Shown: positions 45,888-55,366 of the stretch, piece by piece
How the letters are laid out: every line of letters starts with the position of its first letter
How positions within the stretch are numbered: the stretch's first letter is position 1
Source of the DNA: an uncultured Planctomycetota bacterium
GTDB taxonomy: Bacteria; Planctomycetota; Planctomycetia; Isosphaerales; Isosphaeraceae
Direction: 5' to 3'
NCBI GenBank assembly: GCA_963845755.1
Contig: CAWJTV010000011.1
Coordinates: 96,001-160,000, forward strand
Length of the DNA: 64,000 bases
The notes under the pieces: model-generated
Told to the model about the DNA's origin: nothing
Database searches by the model: none
What the model saw: the letters and a program-made list of their open reading frames with translations, nothing else
Program-made: the position numbers and the translations under genes

Positions 45888-46166
45888 ATGAAATTTACCG
45901 CCTTCTTGCTCGTCGTCGTCAACGGTTACAAGACGTATGCCTCGGCAATCCTCGCAGTCGTCGCGGGATTCGGGATGATCCTCACCAAGGACTACGAGGG
46001 GATCGTCTCTCAGCTCTTCCAGGCCCTCATCCTCATCTTCGGCGGCACGAGCGTCGTTGGCTTGAGGCATGCGGTGGCCAAGCTCGAGCGACCCAGCCAG
46101 GTGGGGTTGAGGCACGCCGTGGCCGAGAATTGTCCCAACAGCAACATCGCTGGGAATACCAATTGA
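45888..46166 (+). CDS. Small 2-TM holin-like protein
   Basis: VNGYKTY..ILAVVAG, second TM, GLRHAVAK tail. Confidence 0.55.
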   Translation: MKFTAFLLVVVNGYKTYASAILAVVAGFGMILTKDYEGIVSQLFQALILIFGGTSVVGLRHAVAKLERPSQVGLRHAVAENCPNSNIAGNTN

Positions 46167-46239
46167 CAGCTCGACTGTTCCCGAAGATACGAGGCCTGGA
46201 TCGACCGTACCGACAATTACGAATGAACATGATCGACGC

Positions 46240-46905
46240 TCGCTGATTCAGAGGACCAATGCGGCGAGGCGTCGCCGCTTCGAGCCGGATGACGCTTGCC
46301 CGCGACCCAACAACTCGGCTATCTGGCTTACAGCATTCGATGAGTCGTTCCATGTCACCACGACCACGGATTACAAGCCCGGACTTCCCGTGCATCTGGC
46401 CGTCAATCCGGGTGTCCACCGAGGTACCAGCCAGCACGGGCTTCGACCCCGACTCGCCGGCCGGGAACATGTTGCCACAGTTTTCGACAGCTCCTTCGCC
46501 TCAGGAGAGTCCGCCGAAGCCAAGGTCATGCGTATGCGATCCCGAGAACTCCGCAAGGTCGGAATGACCTACGTGATGGGCTCGATGAAGCCGGCGGAGC
46601 ATTGCCGACTCTGCAACGAGGTGAAAGTAGAGGGCTTCCTGATGCGACTTCGATACTCCTGGCTCGACCTTGTGACGTACCCGATCACCTTTGTGCTCCT
46701 GGCGCCCTGGCCTGGCATTTGGTCCGAATCCTACTCGATTTCCTGGGCTATCCGACCATGGATCGATGACCATCGATCGTGTGGTGCCCGCGGCGCACTC
46801 GACAATCCGGGGTTCGCTGACGACCCTCTTCACCAAGCATTATCACCCTATGCCATTCGACTGGCTCAAGAAATCGACGTCCCCCCAGCCGGGGCGCGGC
46901 ACTAG
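46240..46905 (+). pseudogene. Degenerate terminase large subunit remnant (nuclease-domain region only)
   Basis: IWLTAFDESFHVTTTTDYKPGLPVHLAVNPG aligns ungapped (13/31 identical) to VWFANFDPARHVSTEAEYHPGYPVRCAIDAG of the terL at 12.9-15.4 kb; sits just upstream of the portal. Confidence 0.65.
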
Positions 46906-48778
46906 CCGCGATGGGAGATTCGTGGTGAACACGGATTCGCCCTCGGCCGGGCCGAGGCCTGACGAGGATCTCGACGGCAAGCTCGTCGTCCAGCGCCGGC
47001 ACGTGGACTGGCTCGAGCACCAGATCCGCTGGCGGTGGCTCCTCGACAGCTTCGAGGGGGGAGACCGCTACCGCAACGCGGTCTACGGGCCGGACCGACG
47101 CGGCCTGCCGACGCGGAACCTGTTCCGGCACAAGCGCGAATACCCCGACCCGCAGATGTACCCCAACGTGTACCAGGGGTTCGCCGGGTTCCTGGGGAGC
47201 GTCAACGCGCAGACGCAAGATGTCGGATACGGGCCCTATCCCGGCATGATTGGAGCCGACCCGGCCGCGACGGCGCAGGACGATGACTACGAATACCGGC
47301 GCAGCCGGACGCCCATTCCCGAATTCGTCGCCGAGGCCGTCGAGATCCACATGGCGAAGGTGTACGACCAGGAGGTCGTGCGGGACGGGCCCGACGACCT
47401 CAAGGGATGGTGGAGGGACGTGGACGGCCGCGGCACGCCGATCGACGACTGGATGCGGGAAACGCTCGCCCCACTCCTTCTGGTCCTCGGCTGCATCGAT
47501 GTCTGCCTCGACCATCCCCAGGCGCCACCGGGCGAGACGATCCGCACCCGGGCCGATGAATTGCGATTGGGTCTCGACCGATGCGTCGCCAGCTACATCC
47601 TCCCCGAGAACATGGTCTGGTGGCGAAACGATGCGGCAGGGCGATACCTCGAATGCCTGGTACGCGAATACACGAATCCCTCGGATCGCGTGGATTACGA
47701 TAAGAACGGCAACGCGATCGACCCCCAGGACCCGGGAAACGTCGGCGAAGCGTGGCGGCGGAACTATGTGAGATATCGCCTCTGGCGGCCCACCGAGTCC
47801 ATCCTCTTCTCCTACGATGGGGGCGAGATTATCGAGCGCGTGCCGCATCCGTTCGGCCGCGTGCCGATCGTACGGTTGGTGGACCTCCCGCGGCACCGGA
47901 CCCCACACATCGGCAAATCCCGGTATGAGGCGATCGCCGAGTACCAGCGCGAGTATTACAACCGGGACAGCGAGCTGATCCTTTCCGACACCTTGCAGGC
48001 CCACCCGTTCCTATCCGGGGCGGAAGATTTCTGCAAGAGCGACAACACCCTCTCGGTCGGCCCGGGCTATGTACTCCCGATGAAGAAGAATCCGGAGTCG
48101 GGCTCGTACCAGGGGTGGGAGTTCGTCAGTCCCCCTAAAGACCCGGCTGAGTCGCTACGGCGGAACAAGGAGGACATCGTCGAGATGAAGGATCGCCGGG
48201 CCTGCCTCATGAAGCCGGCTGGAGCTACAGGCTCTTCTACCATCAGCCAGTCCGGGATCTCCAAGCAGCTCGACGCCGTCGCGGGTCACAAGCTATTCGG
48301 CGCCATCGCGAAGTCGCTCGCAAAAGCCGAGCGGTTCCTCGCCGAGTACGCCGCCATGGTGCTCCGGAACGCCCCCATCGGGCGAGAGGAACGGGAGCAG
48401 ATCCGCGTGACTTACCCGGCACGGTTCGAGCTGTTCGCGGCCACAGAGCTGATCGACAACCTCACCAAGCTCCAGGTCACGCTGAAGTCGGCCGGCGAGG
48501 CCCCGAACACCGAGCGCGAGATCCTCCAGGCGATCGTCCGCCAGACGCTCCTTGGCCTGACCGACTCGGAGTACGAGCGGCTTGACGACGAGCTCGAACT
48601 CATGGTCAAGACCAAGTCGCGACTGAAGGAGCCGGTACAGGAGATGGCTGATGCCGGCGTCTCGTCCCAAGCCGAGGCGATGCAAGGACCCGGATCGGCC
48701 GAACAGGCCGCGGGCGAGGACCCCACCGGTCAGTCCGGCGGGACGTTGGTCGGCAACATGATCCCCAGTGTGATGTAA
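46850..48778 (+). CDS. Phage portal protein
   Basis: 642 aa; RWRWLLDSFEGG..Y, DVDGRGTPIDDWM, HPFGRVPIVRL, SGISKQLD; position upstream of scaffold and capsid. Confidence 0.75.
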   Translation: MPFDWLKKSTSPQPGRGTSRDGRFVVNTDSPSAGPRPDEDLDGKLVVQRRHVDWLEHQIRWRWLLDSFEGGDRYRNAVYGPDRRGLPTRNLFRHKREYPDPQMYPNVYQGFAGFLGSVNAQTQDVGYGPYPGMIGADPAATAQDDDYEYRRSRTPIPEFVAEAVEIHMAKVYDQEVVRDGPDDLKGWWRDVDGRGTPIDDWMRETLAPLLLVLGCIDVCLDHPQAPPGETIRTRADELRLGLDRCVASYILPENMVWWRNDAAGRYLECLVREYTNPSDRVDYDKNGNAIDPQDPGNVGEAWRRNYVRYRLWRPTESILFSYDGGEIIERVPHPFGRVPIVRLVDLPRHRTPHIGKSRYEAIAEYQREYYNRDSELILSDTLQAHPFLSGAEDFCKSDNTLSVGPGYVLPMKKNPESGSYQGWEFVSPPKDPAESLRRNKEDIVEMKDRRACLMKPAGATGSSTISQSGISKQLDAVAGHKLFGAIAKSLAKAERFLAEYAAMVLRNAPIGREEREQIRVTYPARFELFAATELIDNLTKLQVTLKSAGEAPNTEREILQAIVRQTLLGLTDSEYERLDDELELMVKTKSRLKEPVQEMADAGVSSQAEAMQGPGSAEQAAGEDPTGQSGGTLVGNMIPSVM

Positions 48779-48885
48779 GAACAAGGGGTGTCGAGAGTCG
48801 GGCTGTGCGCATTGCGAACGGAAATCGCCTACCCAGACTCTCCACCCCATCCTCTAGACCGTTTGACAAACGCCCAATATCTGAA

Positions 48886-49114
48886 ATGCCCACTCTCACC
48901 TCCAATCAGGCCCAATGGCTCACGTTGGCGTTTGTCGTGGCTGTCACCATCCTGGTGGTCGGCTATGACCTCCTGGCCATCCACACCTATGGTGTTGAGG
49001 CATCGATTTCTCGGGTACTGCGGCGTCTCTTCACCCGGTACCCGACGCTATTCGCCGCGATGGTGTTCTGGATGGGCGTTCTGGTGGGGCATATCTGGCT
49101 GTCGAACGGAGTAA
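48886..49114 (+). CDS. Small 2-TM membrane protein
   Basis: WLTLAFVVAVTILVVGYD...AAMVFWMGVLVGHIW; 3' end uncertain (frameshift). Confidence 0.55.
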
Positions 49115-49121
49115 TCGATCG

Positions 49122-49538
49122 ATGTTTGTGCTGCCGAGTCTTGGACTGGCGATCTGTCTGGGATGGCCGCAGACACCGCCGTTTCTCGCCGACCTGGAAT
49201 TCGCGATGGCGGTCGAGGAGTCGGTCATGGGCGAGCCGGGCGCGAGGCCGCCCGAGCCCTACAAGGGACTGATCGAACGACTCGGCTCGGACTGCTTCCA
49301 GTGTCGCGAGATTACTTCTCAGAAACTCCTGAGGGCCTCGCGGTTCGACCAGCGATGGCTGTTCTGGGGAAGGAAGCATCGCGACCCCGAGGTGCGGCTC
49401 CGAGCGAATGCGATCCTCCGCAGGATCAACCCATGCTCGTCTTGCGGAGGCAGCGGGGAGTCTCGCCACTATACGGGATACCCGTGCTGGGATTGTCAGG
49501 GGTGGCGGACGATCTGGTTGTGGTCGGCCTGGGATTGA
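49122..49538 (+). CDS. Hypothetical protein with HEAT-like helix pair and CxxCxGxG zinc finger
   Basis: LIERLGSDCFQCRE, DPEVRLRA, CSSCGGSG...CWDCQG. Confidence 0.55.
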   Translation: MFVLPSLGLAICLGWPQTPPFLADLEFAMAVEESVMGEPGARPPEPYKGLIERLGSDCFQCREITSQKLLRASRFDQRWLFWGRKHRDPEVRLRANAILRRINPCSSCGGSGESRHYTGYPCWDCQGWRTIWLWSAWD

Positions 49539-49563
49539 ATGATTTGACGACAGGAGGCTAATC

Positions 49564-49785
49564 ATGCCTGAGACATCGGCGTCCATCAGCGACTCGGCCG
49601 TCCTTCCGGACTCGGCGACCGTCGCTGTCATTCTCGATGCTGGGGCGGCAAGATCACTGTTGGCGAGCCTGGTGAGCGGCGGCTCTCCTCGCCCTGAGAT
49701 AGCAAAGACCGTCTCACTCGCCCTGGTGGAAGCGTTAAATGTGGCAGAGAGCGGGGAAAGAGCCGATGACACCTGTATCTTCTGA
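49564..49785 (+). CDS. Small hypothetical protein
   Basis: Strong AGGAGG RBS, 73 aa. Confidence 0.45.
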   Translation: MPETSASISDSAVLPDSATVAVILDAGAARSLLASLVSGGSPRPEIAKTVSLALVEALNVAESGERADDTCIF

Positions 49786-49867
49786 GCATCGGCACTCGCG
49801 ACCTCTCGTTGGAACTGTCGGGGATTTCGCGCCATCTGGTTGTAGCTGGTTTGGGACTGAAACATCC

Positions 49868-50629
49868 ATGCGTATCGAAGCAGTTATGGTCTGCATCGGG
49901 TACGGCGACTTCCTCGCTGTTACCGCGAGCGAGAACCAGCATCTCCTTGACGACCTGGTCGTCGTTACGTCACCGGACGATGATGAGACCCGCGAGGTGT
50001 GCCGCCGGTACTCTCTTCGGCACGTCTTGAGCGAGGACCATCGTCGCGGAGGGCCGTTCAACAAGGCCCGGCTGATCCAGCGAGGATTCGATCAGATCGG
50101 CGCGAGGGACTGGGTCTTGCACCTCGATGCCGACATCGTGTTGCCGCGCCAGTTCCGCACTCTGCTGGAAATGGCGCACCCCGACGAGCGGGCGATCTAC
50201 GGAGCCGACCGATGCAACTTGGTCGGCTTCGAAGCCTGGCAACGACTCAAACGAGACAAAGGTTCCTGGGACAATTACTCTTACGAGTCCTACCTCCGGT
50301 TCAACCAGGAGGCCTCGCCCGGATCCCGGTGGTGCTCGAAATTGCACGGTTATGTGCCCATCGGGTTCTTCCAACTCTTCCACGGCTCGGCGATCGTCCA
50401 GCACGGTTACCACATCCGCTCCTATCCGTATCATCACGGCGACGCGGCGCGGACCGACGTCCAATTCGCATTACAGTGGGACCGGCGGTGTCGCCGGCTC
50501 TTACCCGAGGTAATCGTGCTCCATCTGGAGAGCGAGCCGTCACCCCTCGGAGCGAACTGGCGGGGCCGGACGACGGCCCGCTTCGGTCCGCGCGCGGGGA
50601 CGCCTCCACTCGTCAGCAGCGTGAGCTGA
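49868..50629 (+). CDS. GT-A fold glycosyltransferase
   Basis: VMVCIGYGDFL, VVVTSPDD, FNKARLI, WVLHLDADIVLP (DxD), GFFQLF, D..FALQW. Confidence 0.75.
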   Translation: MRIEAVMVCIGYGDFLAVTASENQHLLDDLVVVTSPDDDETREVCRRYSLRHVLSEDHRRGGPFNKARLIQRGFDQIGARDWVLHLDADIVLPRQFRTLLEMAHPDERAIYGADRCNLVGFEAWQRLKRDKGSWDNYSYESYLRFNQEASPGSRWCSKLHGYVPIGFFQLFHGSAIVQHGYHIRSYPYHHGDAARTDVQFALQWDRRCRRLLPEVIVLHLESEPSPLGANWRGRTTARFGPRAGTPPLVSSVS

Positions 50630-50702
50630 CGCCCTCGAATCCGCCCTCAGACCATCACGCTTCACCAGCTACATCAGGGACACCTCCACCGCGGAGTATC
50701 GT

Positions 50703-51452
50703 ATGACCGAAGCGACCCTCTCGACGCCGGTAAACCCGGCAACCCCCGTCCAGGCCACGGCGCCAATGGCGGCCCCGACGGTTTCGTCGGCGACCGCAAC
50801 GACCCAACAGACCGTGACGATCCCGCTCGAGCAGATCCAGGCCTTCACGAGCATGCAAGCCAGGCTGGCACAGCTCGAGATCGAACAGCGGAGCCGCGAT
50901 CAAGCCGCGCAGCAGGAGCAAGCACGGGTTATGGCCGAGAAGGGCCAGGTCGAGAACGCCTTGCGGATGCTCCGCGATCAGTCGGAACAACAAGTGCAAG
51001 CCGAACGGGCGAGGCTCGTGCAGGTCGAGGACCGCGCCAAGCGATATGCCCTGGACGGTGAGTTGTCCCGCGCCCTGGCCGCGTGCAACCTGGTCCCCGG
51101 CGGTGCGGAGCAACTGACTCAACTCTGGCGGAACCAGTTCACCGTCGAAGCTCAGGGGGATAGTTTCACGGTGCGTACGCCGACGTTCCAGTCGGTCGGC
51201 GAGTTCGTCTCTCAGCAGCTTGCCCGTACCGAGTATTCCCATTTCCTCCGGGCCCAGAACCCAGGCGGGGGTACCGGCGGAGTCCAGCCGTCGGCACAGA
51301 CACCACCGAGCACGCCCGCCAACCCGGCCCAGATGCCACAACCGAAGAACATGGGCGAGGCCGTCATCCTTCACATGCAGGGCATGCAAAAAGCCCAGGG
51401 TGACCCGAGGGCCAACATGACCCTGCCGATGGGACTCAAGGCCGCGCGGTAA
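50703..51452 (+). CDS. Capsid scaffolding protein (putative)
   Basis: Coiled-coil core, HFLRAQNPGGGTGG, Pro-rich tail, directly upstream of the capsid gene. Confidence 0.65.
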   Translation: MTEATLSTPVNPATPVQATAPMAAPTVSSATATTQQTVTIPLEQIQAFTSMQARLAQLEIEQRSRDQAAQQEQARVMAEKGQVENALRMLRDQSEQQVQAERARLVQVEDRAKRYALDGELSRALAACNLVPGGAEQLTQLWRNQFTVEAQGDSFTVRTPTFQSVGEFVSQQLARTEYSHFLRAQNPGGGTGGVQPSAQTPPSTPANPAQMPQPKNMGEAVILHMQGMQKAQGDPRANMTLPMGLKAAR

Positions 51453-51568
51453 TTCCGTCCTAAATCGTTTTCCACTGTCGTTTGATGCCCAAGTGACGGC
51501 CTTCGAGGCCATGCCGGCCGGGTCTAGTGCGACCCGAGAACCGCGGTTGCACTCAGGGACTCCAATCC

Positions 51569-52789
51569 ATGGCCGACTTTTTGCAAGGGTTCCTCGGAAC
51601 TCAGCAAGCTGGTGTCGAGGCACGAAATGATGTTACCGTTGCGATCAGGAATTGGTTTGCTAACCGCAACCCGCTCGTGACCCGCTTGCCGTATGTCCCG
51701 GTCGAGCGTGTCGACTTCCAGATGTACACGCACAAGTACCGGGCGCGGAGCACCACGCTGAATGCCGCGATCTCCAGCAGCTCTCAGACCAGCCTGACGC
51801 TGGCCGACGCCACATTCCTGATGAACCACGACGTCCTGGAGCTGGTCAACCCCAGCGGCAACGTCGAGCGCGTCCAGGTCAGCGGCGATCCGACCAGCCC
51901 GACCACGGTCAACGTGACCCGCGGTCTCTATACCGAGGTCTTGGGGGCGGTCACGCTCCCGAGCGGGTCCAACAACTACGTGACCGGCCTCACCACGTTC
52001 ACGACCGGAAATACCGTCAACCTGATCGGCAACAGCCGGACCGGCGCGGAGGTTCAGCAGACCGGCCTGACCACGATCGGCGTGGCCCGCACGCAGTATT
52101 GCCAGACGTTCCAGTTCCCCGTGCAAATCGGTGGATCGGCCCAGACGGCGCGGGCGCAGGTGATGCCCGGCGGCATCCAGACGCCGTTCGACTTCAACAT
52201 GACCGTCCAGCTTCAGAACATGGTGGACGACATCGAGAACTCCGTCTACTACGGCGTTGCCCAGGCGCCCAGCGACAGCGCCGGCGTCACGGCCAAGATG
52301 AACGGATTGCGGTCGATCTTCGTGACCAACAATATCTCGACCTGGACCAACACGACGCCGGTCAACGCCGCGGCCTATGGCTCGACCGACCTGATCCGCG
52401 ACACGCTCCAGGTGGCCCGGTCCGGCGGCGGCGAGCCGGACCTGCTCGTTGTCTCGACCAATTTCATGAGCGGGTTCGCGACCTGGGGGCAGGCGATCCA
52501 GCGCGTCCCGGCCGGCGAGACCGTCTTCGGCACGCCCATCAACGTCCTGGAGGCGCCGTTCTTGCACGGCGTCACGATCGTCGAAGCCCCGCTGTTGCGG
52601 CCCTACACGGCGATCGCGCTGACCAGCTCCGAGGTCTACATCCGCAACAAGCGGAACCCGTTCTGGCAGCTCCGCGGCAGCCGCGGCGATATGGTCGAGG
52701 GAGACTGGATCGCCGAGCTGGCGATCGAGGTCGTCAACGAGTCTCATCACGCCTGGGTTGAGGGCATCACCGCCTTCAGTGCGAACTGA
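51569..52789 (+). CDS. Major capsid protein (DUF5309/SU10-like, HK97 fold)
   Basis: RTQYCQTFQFPVQIGGSAQ, DIENSVYYG, KMNGLRSI, GDMVEGDWIAELAIEVVNESHHAWVEGI. Confidence 0.8.
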   Translation: MADFLQGFLGTQQAGVEARNDVTVAIRNWFANRNPLVTRLPYVPVERVDFQMYTHKYRARSTTLNAAISSSSQTSLTLADATFLMNHDVLELVNPSGNVERVQVSGDPTSPTTVNVTRGLYTEVLGAVTLPSGSNNYVTGLTTFTTGNTVNLIGNSRTGAEVQQTGLTTIGVARTQYCQTFQFPVQIGGSAQTARAQVMPGGIQTPFDFNMTVQLQNMVDDIENSVYYGVAQAPSDSAGVTAKMNGLRSIFVTNNISTWTNTTPVNAAAYGSTDLIRDTLQVARSGGGEPDLLVVSTNFMSGFATWGQAIQRVPAGETVFGTPINVLEAPFLHGVTIVEAPLLRPYTAIALTSSEVYIRNKRNPFWQLRGSRGDMVEGDWIAELAIEVVNESHHAWVEGITAFSAN

Positions 52790-52797
52790 CGTTCGCA

Positions 52798-52878
52798 CTG
52801 AAGGCGGAAAGGCTGAAGGATTAATAAATTTAGTCTTACTCATCTTTTATCCTTCAGCCTTCAGCCTTCGGCCTTCCT
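52798..52878 (+). terminator. Inverted repeat of 7-mer units after the capsid gene
   Basis: gaaggcggaaaggctgaaggat ... atccttcagccttcagccttcggccttc around an AT-rich loop. Confidence 0.6.
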
Positions 52879-52955
52879 TGAAGAACCCCCATCCGGTCCT
52901 TCGGATCACCTTCCCCCACAAGGGGGAAGGAAACAACCAGGAGCGAAGCGAAGCT

Positions 52956-53442
52956 ATGTGGCGATTCCGGGGAAGCCCGCACTACATCGACCAGCAGGGG
53001 GATCGCCTGGGCGTTCCCAAGATCCTGACCGACCGGGCGCGGCACAACCCGGAGATCTACCGGGTTTCGGTCCTCATCGGCCAGCTTTGCGAACGATACC
53101 ATCGAGCCCCGAAGGACAACGGGCTGCACGGTCGTATCGCCGGCCGAGCTGGCACAGATCCGGGGCACCCTTGGTCAGTGCGAGCAGGAATTGGAGAAAC
53201 TCCACGTCCTGGCGGCCGCCTCTCAAGTCATCGTCGATGAGGCTCACCGTGCCTTCGGGCTCACTCCTCCGGACCGCCGTTTCCGAGTTCGTTGTGATTT
53301 CGACGATCTACCCGAACCTGCCGAGCTCGCCGCCAAGGAAGCACACATCTCTCATGTCTCCTCTGCTACAGGGGAGAGGACACTCGCGTCGAGCTCCGAT
53401 TCAAACACCCACGCGAAACCGAGACACGAGAAGGCACGATAA
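52956..53442 (+). CDS. Hypothetical virion-cluster protein (frameshift near 53140)
   Basis: MWRFRGSPHYIDQ... continuing as ...EQELEKLHVLAAASQ...; stop overlaps the next ATG. Confidence 0.5.
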
Positions 53443-54176
53443 TGGCCTACATCAGCCCCGCGATCACCGCCAGCAGCACGACGTTCGCTCAATTCCAAGC
53501 GGGTGGCGCATCCCGGCACCTGGAGAATCTCATCACGGCGAGCTTGAACGGCACCCAAGCCCCTTCGTCCGCGCCGACCCTATCGGTCTCGGGCACCGGA
53601 GGCCTGCTCGCCGCGGGCACGTACCGTCTCATGATCACCGAGACCAACGGCCTCGGCGAGACGACGGCGAGCCCCGAATCAGCCCAATTCAGCGTGACCG
53701 CAGGTCAAATCCCGACGGTCACCTTCCCGGCACTCCAGGCCGGCAATTCGGCTCGCAATGTCTACCTCACGCCGATAGGCGGTCCCAGCGGAAGCGAGCT
53801 CCTTTACGCCTCCGGTATCACGACCAGTACGTATAGTCTCTCATTCGCTGCGCCCTCGAGCTCCTACGCCGTCGCACCGCCAACGACGAATACTACCGGG
53901 CTAACGAGCTCCAAGATCCAGCTCCTCCGGTATGCGAAGACCGGCCAGTTCCAGAAGGTGTGGGACTTCCTCCATGAACTTCTCAGCGTCTTCAACCAGG
54001 GGGATCCCGCGTCCTATCAGAGCATCATGATAAAGCTGCGAGATGTCCACACCGTCTTCGCCATGATGTCGCAACTCTGCGCCGAGGGCGGAACCCTCAT
54101 CGACGCCAACCCCGGCCATTTCGTCAATGTCAGGACAGGGATCGGTGGGACGAGGACCGAACGGACGTGGCCCTGA
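53442..54176 (+). CDS. Putative virion structural/decoration protein (beta-rich domain)
   Basis: GGLLAAGTYRLMITETNGLGETTASPES...ARNVYLT. Confidence 0.55.
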   Translation: MAYISPAITASSTTFAQFQAGGASRHLENLITASLNGTQAPSSAPTLSVSGTGGLLAAGTYRLMITETNGLGETTASPESAQFSVTAGQIPTVTFPALQAGNSARNVYLTPIGGPSGSELLYASGITTSTYSLSFAAPSSSYAVAPPTTNTTGLTSSKIQLLRYAKTGQFQKVWDFLHELLSVFNQGDPASYQSIMIKLRDVHTVFAMMSQLCAEGGTLIDANPGHFVNVRTGIGGTRTERTWP

Positions 54177-54389
54177 CCTCAAACAGTTCTGCAGCATAAG
54201 AATTTTACTTATGAGCAATACACGGATTCTCCGCATAGGACAACACGCCGTGTCCGATCTTGTCATCGTCGTGCGATGTCGCAAGTCATTCAAGCTCCGG
54301 TTCCAACTGGCGATGTGTCTGATGCGCATCGCCGGCCGGATCGGCGGATTCAAGTCGGTGAAGGTGACTCGAGAGAGGTGAGGAATTCC

Positions 54390-54755
54390 ATGGCAAGAAC
54401 TCCGGTTTCCCGCGGAGCCGAGCGCGGCGTCGTACGCCCCCCCAACCAGCCCGGAGCGGCCGGTAGCGCCGCCAAGAACAGCTACCTTCCCCTGGACCGC
54501 AGGGATGTCGGTGTCAACGCATCCAATTACGGGACCGGCGGCGACCGCCGCGGCGGTTCGGCGGATCTCACCGGTCAGTCCAGCCCAATACTACCACCCA
54601 ACCACCGTTTCGACGTCAGCATGGCCAAGATGCCTCAGCCCCCATCGGCGATCGAACCAGGCAAGGGGGCGGTACCGGTAACGCCGTGGACTCCCACGGG
54701 CCAGCCGAATCGGGCAATTCCAGAGCCCGACACACCCCGGCAACTACGCAAATGA
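54390..54755 (+). CDS. Small Pro/Gly-rich hypothetical protein
   Basis: GAGG RBS, 121 aa, low complexity. Confidence 0.45.
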   Translation: MARTPVSRGAERGVVRPPNQPGAAGSAAKNSYLPLDRRDVGVNASNYGTGGDRRGGSADLTGQSSPILPPNHRFDVSMAKMPQPPSAIEPGKGAVPVTPWTPTGQPNRAIPEPDTPRQLRK

Positions 54756-55010
54756 GCAAGCCGATCCGCGACTCGATGGCGTCCTGAGTCTCCGCTCGCT
54801 GCCGGCATGACGGCTCATTGCCGTACCGCTCGCCGATGCCCGGGCGCACGTAGGGTCGGGACGTTCCATGCGGCCCGAGACCGTCTTATCGAGCTTCGTC
54901 GATTTGCTCAGCCTGTCGTGAAAGAGAACATGAGAAAGCAGTTCGCACGGCACCAGGCGAGCGAATGGATTCCCGAAGCTCTACTCGAGTTCGAGAGAAG
55001 GGTCAATTCG

Positions 55011-55148
55011 ATGGCGAAGAAATCGGCTCCGAAGTGCAAACCGATCGTTCCCGGCAAGGGCCCCAAGCCGGCCGGCATGAATCAACCGCCCGCCGGCCGG
55101 GCGAAGATGGTCAACCCGCGAGCCAAGACCGGCAAGAAGGGCCGATGA
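55011..55148 (+). CDS. Small basic Lys/Pro-rich peptide
   Basis: MAKKSAPKCKPIVPGKGPKPAG...KTGKKGR. Confidence 0.4.
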   Translation: MAKKSAPKCKPIVPGKGPKPAGMNQPPAGRAKMVNPRAKTGKKGR

Positions 55149-55366
55149 GCCAGCGGCGATGCGTGGCGAGTGACGGATCCTGGTCACCTCCGCAGCACGT
55201 CTTCAAGCCACGATCGGCGCCGCGGTGGATTATCTCCCGGGCATCGTTGTCCGGCGAAAACTCGATCATGGGACATCGGTACCGGGAACCCGACAGTCCG
55301 AATTGATGACATCCCGAATCGCCTAACTATAATTCCCGCCGCCAAAGGCGGCCGAGGGCACCCTTC

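Noticed and set aside
46055..46128. Duplicated VGLRHAVA segment at the end of the holin-like gene
   Set aside because: Short local duplication. It may mark the deletion junction of the lost terminase region, but alone it supports no function.
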